From Vermamoeba vermiformis (lineage: Eukaryota), in the NCBI GenBank assembly GCA_045837725.1, contig JBEWZL010000044.1, forward strand, positions 1-64,000: DNA of 64,000 nucleotides, written 5' to 3'. The notes beneath the pieces are model-generated. The model was not told where the DNA came from, searched no databases, and was given only the letters and a program-made list of their open reading frames with translations. A program made the position numbers and the translations under genes. Shown here piece by piece: positions 25,808 through 37,716 of the stretch; the stretch's first letter is position 1, and each line of letters starts with the position of its first letter.

Positions 25808-28762
25808 TTATTCGCTCTCTGAAGAAGAAGAGTCACTGGCAGGCAGATTCAATCTGATCGACTTGCGTTTGTTGCCAGATCCTCCTGATTTAGGTTGAGC
25901 AGCGAACCATTTCTTAGTCTCGTTAATGGCTCTAATCCAAACCTGCAATATAACGCAATAAGTATTGGAATATCGAGAAACGCAGCAGGATAGGATTTCG
26001 CAAAGTTTGAAAAGTAAAATTAAATTTGTACACTACAAATGTAAGCTTTGCAAACAATTTCTTTTGTTAAATTACTAAATGCTAAGGGAAACGATTTAAA
26101 CACAAATTGATTCGATTTTGCGATAATTTCGATTTTAAAACTTACATCACGCTCTTCTTCGCTCTTGGCGCACAAAATGTACTTTCTGTTCGAATATTCC
26201 GTTTCAATTTCAAACGCCGCTTTCAACTTTTTGTTGCCAGTAGCCTTTTGCGATTCTTCTTCGTCCAATTCATTGACGCTTGATTCGCTCAAGTAGATCG
26301 CACCGTTGGTTTTAACTTGGTTCTGTTCCCGTAATATTATTAACTGAGATCGTATTATAAGTTGACACTTACCGATGGGTTCTCACTACGGTAGAACAGC
26401 AAGTACTCGCCTCTGCAAAGATAATGAATTAGAAAATATTCCATATTAGGCAATTTTAAATCATTACCGCAAAATGCAATAGCGCTTAACCATGCGGTTC
26501 TTGCTAGTCTTTCGGAATAAGAAACCGTTGATTTCATCAGGGACATTCATTAAGGACTTCAATTCCCGTTCTGATGCTTTGGATAATTCAAGCAGGTGCT
26601 CCAACTCCTGAATGCGGTCGCGCAATCTTTTAATGTCATCTGCATGGGCCTATTTAAGGTAAGTCTATTATTCATATTGGATCGCGATTACATACTTGTT
26701 TCTCATCGGAGAGTTGCTCCTCTTTGTCGCGAATCTGCTTGGCCATTTCTTCTTGGCGCTCTTCCCATTCCTTCTCATCTGATTCAATTTATTAACATAT
26801 TGCTATCAAACGTATTTTCGCTACTTACTTAGCTCGACAGTCTCTCTGTGCTTTCTTCTCGCTGCATCTCGTTTTTCGATCTCATCTCGAGTTTGTTGCT
26901 CGCGCTCATCGAACTCCTTGCGCAGTTCTTCCTCTTTCTCCTTAAGCTTCTCTGTAATGCGGTGTTCTTCGCGCAACAAGATTTCCTAAAATAAATTTCC
27001 GTTACGTAAGTCTCTGATCGGAATCCGAAAAAAAAGCTAATTATACGTCACCGGACTACGAATATCGATCCTAACCGATCTTTACCTTAATTTCTTCTTC
27101 TTTCTCGTGCAGTTGCTTGGTCAGCTTAACTTCGCGTGCTTTGTATTCAGCAACGATTTCACCGCCTTGCGCATCCAATTGTTCGCTCAAGTAGTTCGTC
27201 TTCAGATGCAACTCTTGAATCTCTTCTTTGAGATCCTTATTCTCTTTTCTGAGCTTGCCCACTTCGTCGGTAAGATCGTCTTCGATGTGTTTCAGTTCCA
27301 CGACTTCCTCGCTCAGCTCCACGATCTTCTTTTTCAAGTGCGAGACGTCTTCACCGGCCTTAGGTGCCTCGTCGACTAGGCCCATGTCAGGGTACTTCGA
27401 GAATAGAGTCGCAATAAACGCGAGATTCAAACGACCGTTGCCCTAATGTCAAGATCTCGTTAGCTCAGATTCACTAACGAGGTAAACAATTATAATATTG
27501 CTGATTCGTATAAGTACCTTAACAATATCGTTAGGAGAGACGAATTTTCTGCAGCCAAGCTGATCTGCGTACTTCAAGATCTGTTCGGCTCTTGAAAAGT
27601 TATCAGGAGCTTGTAAAGGAGTCAAAGGACAGGTCGATGCGTCCAATGAGTGCAAAAGGTATGTCAAAGCAACACCATCCTATAGAAACGGTGGTAAGTC
27701 AAACTGAAACGAACATGCGAAGTGGATTTGTACGTGCTTGAAGATCAGCGCTGAAATTGCTGACTTTTTTGTTGGCGCCACTCTTTGTCAGGTGGTAATT
27801 AAACCATTTAAGCAAAATTTCTTCGGCAGGCAATTCGGTATTAGCGAGTTCTGCGACTCTCTTCAGCAAACCAACCTGTTGGATTCAGATTCTTAGTTCC
27901 AATTCCGCAACGTGTCACAAAATCAAATTTTTAATATTAATAAAAGATCTTGTCAAAAAATAAGTAAATTTTAGCTTGAAGCAATAGCAAAATCTCTTCG
28001 TCGAAATCAAGCTCAGATCCAAAAGATTTTACGCAGTACTTACTCTCACGATTTGCCACAAAACACCCATAATAAGATGCGACTATAGGATATACAACCA
28101 TTAATATTACACTGATTTTTCCGTAATAAATTCGCTTACGGTGCCGGCTAAAAAGTCATTCGGACCAACATTAATGACTTGGCATTTTAACTCTCTTGCT
28201 GCATCTAAAACGGCCTATACGATATAGATAGTATTAATACGATATTGGGCTTTATAAATCAAGTAATATTAAAGTCATAGATACCTTGAGATTCTCTATC
28301 TTTTGAAATTTCTCTTGACCGGATCTAAATTTTGTGATAGGAGGTCGTTTAATAATGCCAGGCTCAATAGCATTGATCAAGTGGCTATGATTATATTAGA
28401 AAACAAAATTATATCGAAATATGTAGTCTCCTTACGTAAGCAAAACTCCATCCTCCACTTTGTGTGCGATCTCGTCACTTTCTGGGTCAATGTTGGCATC
28501 CTTAATCACGGAATTGATAAAATCAATAACACCTATACAATAATAACGCTTAATCTCTGCTTAAAGTCACAAACAAGAGGTTCGAAATTGCGGATCTGGA
28601 AAAATAAAATCTTTGGAGAATCTCTAAATTGCGTAATATTATTATATGACATGTCTTACCTCGAGTCTCTTCTTCATTTTCATAGTGCTTGACTGTAGTT
28701 TGACGGTCAAGTCCTGACTTTCTTCGGGAGTGCGTAGCAGCTGCTGCAGTGGATGTAGCCAT
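25808..28762 (-). CDS. Fimbrin/plastin-type tandem CH actin-binding domain + coiled coil + C-terminal PH domain
   Basis: CH motifs [69 protein letters not shown] motifs [20 protein letters not shown] and [18 protein letters not shown]. Confidence 0.88.
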
Positions 28763-29201
28763 CTGATCTGACACTTAGACTGAGTAGAATAAGACGTGTG
28801 GGTGTTAATACAAATAAATAAGTATAAATGAAAAGATGTGCGCAAAGTCGGACCGGAAGAATCTTCGTTGTGAAAGCGAAAAGATTTTTTTGTCTCCTTC
28901 TTGCGAAGTGGATCTAGATCTCGGATTATCACGTGTACTTTTCGAATAATTCGGGGTACTGTGTGTCCGTAAAACTAAAGTACAACTCGCAAAGCTAAAA
29001 AGTGGAACTTGAACACGATTTCAAACTCCGTGAATTTGTGCAATGTTTCAAATCTGCTGCAACGAAAGATTCTGGCTCAGTATTTGCGAAAATAATAGTC
29101 ACAATAGACCCTCCTTATTATTAATGTGCAACTTAGGTTTCAAATTAAGCTCAAAAGATTTTTGTGGATCAAATCCCGATCATTATTTGTCAGATCGCAA
29201 A

Positions 29202-30683
29202 ATGAAGCCAACAGTGCAACACATTGAAAATTGCCAGCTTCAAGCGTGGTATCCCACGTTTAAAAATGTAACTTTTAGTACTATCAGCTTACCTCTACCT
29301 GAGGAATTCGTAAAATTCTTGGGCGAGGACGGTATCTACTTTTCTGAAGGAGATCAGATCTATCCTGACTTTAAAAAAGAAGACGATGAGACAGAAGAAG
29401 ATAAAAATCAATGGGATACACAGGAGGCTGATAGCGTAAGCCAAAAAATTAAATTAAATAATTACGAATTATTTGCTAATTAGTAGGACGCTTAATATTT
29501 CCATCTTAGCTTACCTTAATTTAAGTACTTAATTTTCGTAATTATTAGGACCACGAAGAACAAGTAATTGTCAAAAAGTTTCCAGAACTCGAAAATCAGA
29601 TCAATGCTGCCATTGAGAAGCTCGGCGGTAAAGTGTTTCCGAAGCTTAATTGGAGCTCTCCAAAGGTAAGCAATAATATAGTGTTAGCAATATTAAGGAG
29701 CTTCATTGTTCTCGTTTCTGAATCTAGTTTGAAAATGCGCCAACTTTTTTTGCTCGTGTACTAAGCCGTTCTTAATTTAGGATGCTATATGGATGAGTTC
29801 TAATGGTTCCCTAGAGTGCAATAATGCCAATCAAGTCATTCTACTCTTGAAGAGTTCAGATCTTATTTTCTACGATGTCGATCACGCGTAAGATCTTTCC
29901 TTCATTCTTTAATTCTGGCATTATATCTAACAATATATTATTAGCTTTGCTCAATGTGATGATTCTAGCACCAAACCACCGACAAAATACTATTTGAACT
30001 TGCGAAAATGGCAAAACTTAACGCCTTCATCAGAATTTCGCTGCTTCGTCAAAAATAATTTATTAATAGGTACAATCATTATAAAGGATATCCTTTGTTT
30101 ATATACTCATATTTATATCTCTGTAGGAATATCACAACGAGAGTGCTCGACGTTTTATCCGCATTTGTTGGATGCCAAAAACAGCATTAAAGAAGCAATC
30201 GTTCAATTTTTCATGAACAACATTCAGAACAAATTTGCAGATCCAAACTGTATCCTAAAATACTATTATAATAGTATACGCTATACAATTTGTACTAACA
30301 AAAAGTTCCAGATCCAGATCCGATTTAGGATGTTATTTGCAAAATTTATTTCCTTAACTAATGTTATTTGCATAGTCGTTTGCGATGTCTATGTGACTAA
30401 AGAATATGACGTATGGCTAGTCGATATTAATCCGTTCATCGAAGATACCGAGTCACTGTTATTTTCATGGGACGAATTACTTGAAACAAATACTGATACA
30501 GCCGCCGCACAAGTTGTGGATTTTAGAATAATAGATGCTAATAATGTTATGCAGCCTAACATGAATTTAACGTCGCGTGTACCGTTTGATATGGTCGGAC
30601 TTTCACTCGAAGAATTTTCGAGCCAGTTAAGTGAACTCGAAGCGAAAATGAAACAAGCCGATGTAAATAGTGATACAGAATAA
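29202..30683 (+). CDS. CDC123: Cell division cycle protein 123 (D123 family, eIF2 assembly factor)
   Basis: CQLQAWYPTF, LGGKVFPKLNWSSPKDA, LLLKSSD, LRKW..EFRCFV, GISQR and LVDINPF..LLFSWDEL. Confidence 0.95.
30250..30375 (+). other. U12-type (minor spliceosome) GT-AG intron in CDC123
   Basis: Donor GTATCCT at 30250, branch site TTCCTTAAC at 30350-30358, acceptor TAG at 30375. Splicing gives KFADPN-F-VCDVYV. Confidence 0.85.
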
Positions 30684-30811
30684 ATACGGTTTTAGACATC
30701 ACGTGGCTCCTTCCATATTAGGAAATGCTTTTTTGGACCAAAAATTGAAACCCTTAGTATTTTATTTTTTGAATAACACGCAACACGCGTTTAATTATAT
30801 TAATATGCTCA

Positions 30812-33725
30812 ATGAAAGGTCGGGATAAGGCTAAGCCTATAACAAACGGGCCTGTATTCTTGCAGCCAATCGTTGCGGTATCAAAAAAGCAAGATGTGCT
30901 AGCAATCTTGTTAATTATCGCAGTCAATGTTGCTGTGTATTATAATTCATTATATGGAGATTTTTGCTTCGATGACCACTTGGCAATAGCAAATAATGGA
31001 GATAGCAATGGAGGTAATGACGTCATAGATTTTTACCTAATTTTAATTTTTATTGAAAAATCCCTCTCCAGCTCTTAACACGTACAAAATTAATTAATAA
31101 TACATATGATGTTATAAAATAGTTTTTACAAATTTTCTAAGCTGTTATTGTCGAGATCCGGGTTTTCATACTTTAATGACAGATCACCCATTCTTTGACA
31201 TGTGGAAGAATGACTTTTGGGGCCAAGATATTACAAAAGAAGATTCGCATAAGAGCTATCGACCTCTTACAGTCTTGACATTTAGACTCAATTACATGAT
31301 CCATCGTTGGTTGGGACTCGAAGAGAAAACAGGCGACAAAGGTACCATTAATAATAATAATGCATTAAAATAAGTAACTATTAATGTACTCATTTTTAGC
31401 GAGCCCATCCCTGTTAGCGTCGTTTCATCTCGTAAATAATTTTCTTCATACATCCGTTTCTTGCGCGGTGTACTTCTTAGCGAAGAAAGTGCTCGGGCAA
31501 ACTGTTGTATTTCGATATGAAGCCTCTGTTATCGCTGCATTATTATTTTCTGCTCATACAGTCCATACAGAAGCAATTACAGGTACGATAACGCATTTTT
31601 AAATTAATACCGCATCCGTTCTGAATTATTGGAAGACATTTTTATAATAAATAATATTATAGTTATAATATCTTCCTTTTAATTATGAATACTAATGGTG
31701 TTATTAATAGGTCTAGTTGGTCGAGCAGAGCCGCTCAGTCTGCTGTTCTGTTTGCTCGCGTTCTTTTCATTCGACAAAGCAGTCAAATTGCACACGACAA
31801 ACGACGCAACGTGGACACGATATTTTGGACTAGCAATGATTTGTTACATTATTGCAACGTTGTGCAAGGAGACGGGGTACACCATCCTTGCGATACTCAT
31901 TGCATGGGACGCGTTGATTTCAATGGACGTTCGCAAACGAAATTTTATCACTGATTTGCTCACTAATGCTGGTACGTAGAAAAAAAAATTCCGAGAAAAA
32001 ATTTAACACGTGTCTGACTCATACTTTGTGCTTAGGTTTCATTAAGAGAACGGTTCTGAATATATTCTTTGCATCACTGTATCTCATAGCCCGACGCCTT
32101 ATCACCGTACATTTCATCGTGCTCAATTACCGTCGCTTAGAAAATCCGATTGCGTTCATCGAAGACCACGTGTCGCGTTGGTTATCAAACGCGTGGTTAC
32201 ATTGCAATTATGCATGGAAAATGATTGCACCAATTCACCTCGCAGCTGATTGGTCATATAACTGCATCAAGCTCGTCGACTCAATTGCAGATCCGCGAAA
32301 CTTTTTCTCACTAGTCTTGTATGGAATGCTCGCATACGCCATCGTCTATGCCTTGAAGAATTTGCCCTTAAAAGGCAAGTCAATGGTCATTTCCGTTGTT
32401 TGGCTCATTGTGCCGTTCATTCCGGCCTCAAACATGTTCTTTTACGTTGGTAAGTGGCACGTGTCTTATTTGACACTTTGACACTTTGACACGTACTTAA
32501 CACGAGCTCCCTTCAGGCACGATGTTAGCTGAACGTATCTTGTACATGCCTTCAGTCGGATACTGCCTTCTATTGGCATTATTATACAACTACTTGCTCA
32601 CAAAGCTGCCAAAATTACGTCCAATTGTGCGCATTGCGTTCATTGCACTGATCATTTGGTACGGCTACTTGACAATTGAACGAAACAAAGATTGGGAGAA
32701 CGAAGAGTCGTTGTTCAAAAGGTACGTCATTCTGATGCATCAATGTTGACACGTGTCAATTGCTTCGAAAGTCTGACACGTGTCATATAGCAAACTTATG
32801 ATGATATTTTATGCTTGATAGTTCATTTCAGTTGTTAATAGTTTGATTTAGTGCCATGACGGTGTGTCCTGACAGTGCCAAAGTCCATTTCAACACTGGT
32901 ATTATGTGCCGCAGATACAAAGAGTGGAACGTAAGTGACCAATTAACACTTATTACAAGCCTCTAATTGAATACTATAGCAATCGATCTATCATTTCAAA
33001 CGTGCCAAAGAGATTGAGCCGCGTTACTGCGATGTCGATTATGAAATGGGCGTGTCATATTGGAGCGATGGAAAATCGAATGAAGGCATCGACTTGATGA
33101 AAAAAGGCCTTGACTGCAAATATACCGCTGTACGCGCCGTTCAATCTTTGCACACGATTTACAGCGAGTTGTTCAAGTTGTACCCGAACAACTTCCACTA
33201 TCAGACCCAATGGGCTGATATTTTATGCCGAATCAATCGTACTCATGAAGCTGCTGGTAAGTCCAAGTCCAATATTCTTCTACGAATTAGCAAAAATGAC
33301 ACTTTTGACGCTTTGATACTTTTTCTGCCTGTCATAATGCTACCCTTATTGAAAAAACATCATTTACTAACAGCATTATGTTTGTTAATATAGAGGCATA
33401 TACATCGAGTGGAGCAGGATTCAAAGACATGGGTGATTTAGATACGGCTCTGACTGTGTTTTTAACCGGGCTGAAATGCGAACCAAAACACGATTTGTTG
33501 AATTATTGGGCTGGTTATTGTTACCAAAGAAAAGGTCAAATTGACAAAGCATTAGAGCATTATTGGCGAGCTGCAACGAACACTAATCGAATTGAAGTCC
33601 AATCGCTTGAAGGCATGGCAACTATTTTGCAAGATCCGAAGTTGAGTGACACCAAGACCAATGTCAAGCATCAAAATTACTTGCGCAAGGTCACTGAACG
33701 CGTTAAAAATCTTAACCTCAAATAA
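30812..33725 (+). CDS. TMTC: TMTC-family protein O-mannosyltransferase (DUF1736 + TPR)
   Basis: [86 protein letters not shown], then TPR-like helices. Confidence 0.93.
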
Positions 33726-33756
33726 AGAATGTCATTGCTGTATCTCTGCTTTTGAT

Positions 33757-36700
33757 TTAATCCAAGTTCATTTCTTCGTCACCGCCCAAAGGAGATTGCT
33801 TGAAAATGTCTTTTTGAAGTAATTCCATTGCTGTAGGGCAAGGTAAAGCCTTGTTAGTGAGGAACTTTTTACTGCACTATACGCATACCTTCATGTGGTC
33901 CTGTCATCTCGCGCAGAAGATCTCTAAGCTGCTCAGTCAAGAGTGGTGCTTGATTTGTTTTGATGTCATTCCACACGTCATCAAATGTGTAGTTGTCTCC
34001 TTTTAAATGTGATTGACACGCCTAGAAAAGGTAATTGTCATTAATTTAGTTACTGTTTGGCGTACATGCCATTGATGCAAGTATTGCTCCTGCACCATAA
34101 ATGTCATCGGCAAAAGTAATTTTTCGACTTTTGATGGCCTCAGGTGATGCATAACCAGGTGTAAAGCCAAGTAAAGGTGCAGACCTGAAAAAGAACACTG
34201 GTTAAGAGATGTATATTGTATATTTTTGACCTACGTTTCTTGGGCATTTAAGATGTGTGAAAATGCAAAATCGATGAATTTGATGGACATGGTTCCATTT
34301 GTTCTGCAGACCAGGATATTGTTTGGAGTGATGTCACCATGTATCACCCTGAAAGAATGCAATTGTGCAATTGCCTTAATCAAGGATTAGCTAATTTGGC
34401 CCGTGACAGATGAATATCTTTTTACCTTGATAAGATGGTAAGTGTACTCAACTAGTTCGTTAACTGTGTCGACGCCGAATAGTTGATCGTCGTTCAAAAA
34501 TGACATCAAAATTGCACCACGGTTGGCCGTCATTTTTTGGTTCAATAATATTGGTGCCGATTCAAATCCGCTCTCTATGCGAAATAGTTAAAATAAGTGT
34601 TTAAAAATCTAATATATCTAAACGTACGTCTGAAATATTCGTAAATTTTCATCTCGTTTCGGATGCTCTCAACTCTTCTATCGATTTTTAACACGGCGAG
34701 CTGGCCGTGTACGGTACCCTTCATTATTGTGCATTCGTCGCTCTGTGTGACAATTTCTGTGTTAGCTTTGTTTAAATTGAACAAAAAATGGCACTTACAT
34801 AATCAAGCAGTTCAATTCGTTCAAACTTCCATTCCTTCACTAACGATGATTCAGAAATCTCAGCAACACAAACACTGAGATTCTGAACATTGAAATTCTG
34901 TGCGCCGCTCTCGTTTCGTGCATTGTTGTTATTATTCCGTGCATTAGTATCGCGGCGTTCTTTGACAGGAGAACTGGGTAGCGTCGTCTCCTCCTCCTTG
35001 GCGCGCTTCGTGGACGCTCGGATTGTAGCGACAATTTCGGAGAAAACGGCAATCTTTTCACCGAACCATTTCTTGAAATTTCGAGCTCTACAAACAAACG
35101 AACCTGTAAGACCTCATTGTCATCGACCCTTTCGTATCATACCTGCACACTTTCATGCGCCACAAAATGGCAGCGAGCTGTAAAAAGGCATCGAAGCTCA
35201 CGATTTGATCGGAAAATACTTCTCTGATGACTGTGTGCACTGCGAAGTTCTCTTGAGATACGCTCGTAGATTTGGACCTTGATTTCGTCAGGGGCTTCCC
35301 GGCAATCTCTCCCATCTCTCGCGCCAAAGACTTTGACCGCGGACGAATGAACGTCTCTTTTCTTTCCTCTTCGTTTGCGTTTCGCGCAAAATAAAGTCTG
35401 AGATGAGTGCAATTGCCGGTACCAAGAAAAACGACGGGAGTGTCAATGAGGTTTTGGAAACAAGCCAAGCAACCTGCAGCCTCTAACATGACTTTGAACC
35501 TTATTGACGTTAGCTAAAGTGACTCGTTATGACACTCACTTGTCGACGTCCGATTCGTCCTCCTTTTTGAGCTCCATCAGCAGATCTACGAGCAAAAACA
35601 AGTCATCTCCCATCTCGAACTCGTTAAGTTGGGCCTGACCGAACAAGTTGCCGTTGAACACTTGCCCTTCAGGTGTCAACAGAAAGTGCGCGTCATCTTT
35701 GTCTTCGTAACGCAACAGCCAGCCATCGGTGATAACAGGCTTAAGTCCAGCAATAAACTTGGCACGTGATTTCGACGAAAGCATTCGTTGGTTCAAAATA
35801 TTTTCGTGTATTTGTAGGGCTTCGAGGCTATTGTAAAACATTAAGTTTGGTTTCCCGAGAGACAGACAAACTTACCCTCCGACATCCGAATGAAGCCCAC
35901 AGAGTGCTAACAATGGACGATATAACGAGTTTTGCCAATAACTTTCATTTCGCTTGGCGTGGAAGAGCTTTGCAACCTTGGCAGTGTTAGTAAATCTAGA
36001 GCTGGAAAGGATCGTCCTACCTTGTTGTATAGTTTTACGACCTCTTTCATGTAATCCAAATATTCTTTATCGAAATAATCGATGAAGTAGTCTTTGTTGT
36101 TCACTGTTAACAATGGAGCAGAGGATTTGATCCGCAAACGAGGCAAGCTTTCGCGAGAAACGCTGGGGAAGATATGTTTCTGAAATACGTGTAAGTCATG
36201 CGTTATAGTCCAATTATTGATTTACATTACAGAAATACTGGGGTAGGTAGTAGAAGTTATGGCCGATAGCGCTGAGTATTCCTTCGTTTGTGGTAGCACC
36301 ACTAACAAATTTAATGCCTTCTTCGTTAATTTCTCTCTCCGTTATATTATTAGGACCGAGATTTTCATTATTTTGGTCGAGCTGCAGGCACATCTCAACA
36401 TTCGCTTTTTCTAAACCTAAAATTTGAAATTAATTTTAAGCCATAATAGATGAAAATAATTAATACATTTGTTGGCATCGAGGTAAACCGTATCTTGATC
36501 GAACAAGATTATTTCAGGATTGTTAGCGTTAGATGTCTCTTCTGCCCCTCTCACTACCGCTGTTGTCACTACATTTGAAAACTGCACGTCGTTAATCAAA
36601 GCACTGATTATTGTTTTTTGATATCGGTTGTTTTGTCGCTTCGGAATGGCAAGTTGCTTTTTGTAATCTCCGGGAAGTATGACCGTGACGATTATTTTGT

Positions 36701-36764
36701 CTATTATATAGTATAAATAATAATATTTCTAGTCGTCTCACTTACCTATTGTGTTTGACTCCAT
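33757..36764 (-). CDS. Crinkler-like REase-like domain + protein kinase fusion (multi-exon)
   Basis: Kinase motifs AVLK, NEMKIY, IHGDITPNNILV, FIDF, GFTPGYASPE and DIYGAG. The upstream ITDGW...VDLLMELK is PD-(D/E)xK-like. Introns keep the frame, including one GC donor. Confidence 0.7.
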
Positions 36765-37359
36765 GTTGCAATAATTTGAAATAGCAAAAAATGGCGCCAT
36801 TTTTTCAGTCCGATAAGTACTTGTGATACAACAAGAGTCATATATTTATACGTATAAATACGATTTGTCAATAATCAAAGGCCGAGGAAGAAATGTCGTT
36901 GGAAATTGTTTTGGAGAGAGCTGATCGGATTTACAAGCCTGGGTAAAGATTATAATAATAGTCATATTCATTCGCATCATAAGATTGTTGGCAACAATTG
37001 TCTTTAATTCAAATATAATTTTTCGATTTTCAAATATCGTCATGGAAATTGTTCATATAAAAAATTAAGCATAAATATGAATTAAATTATTATATAGGAA
37101 ATGGTCTCTGGACACGTCGTCGTTACTACACCCGGTGGCTGAGACAACGTCTCTTTAAAGTAAAGAATTATCAATAACTACGGGACGAGATTGGACCAGA
37201 TTGGCCGAGAATGGACGAGAATTTGGTCGGAAAGTTTCCGCTTTATTACACACAATCGTCTGTCCGAAAAACCGCTTTCGCGCGGATTTATTATACAAAT
37301 TAAAATTATTTTCTAATAGTTGGTCGGGCTGTCAGCCCCCAACTATCTATCTCTATTAG

Positions 37360-37455
37360 GGCTACTGCTATAATACCAAACAGTAATGTCAACGCACCAA
37401 AGCATAACGCGATAGCGCAGTTAGCTCAGATCATTACAAAAGAATTTTCGAATCC
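37360..37455 (+). pseudogene. Orphan 96-nt exon paralogous to exon 18452-18547 of the ankyrin gene
   Basis: ATAIIPNSNVNAPKHNAIAQLAQIITKEFSNP versus ATAIIPSDNTNNAKFNAISQLASAITKEFSNP, with the same length, phase and AG/GTAAGT flanks. Confidence 0.8.
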
Positions 37456-37716
37456 GTAAGTCAAAGATCAACCAACCATTGAGAAGCCATTACGCTGCTT
37501 TCAACGAAAGAACCATTAATAATAATCTATTTTTGGTATCATAGCCAGTAAATATCGAAAGTTCGAAAGCCGGATCACCACCAATTTGCCCGAAACCTCC
37601 AACAAAGAAAAATCAGAAAAACGAAAAACAGCAACACAATAATTAGAAACGCATAAATAGGAATGACGAACATTTGACAAAAACATTCCGTTAAATCGAC
37701 TCACAAGTAGAACACA

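Noticed and set aside
35907-36020. Apparent stop or frameshift in the REase-kinase gene
   Set aside because: Resolved by a short intron (GTAGGA...TACTAAC...CCAAG), giving YNK|VAKLFHAKRNESYWQ.
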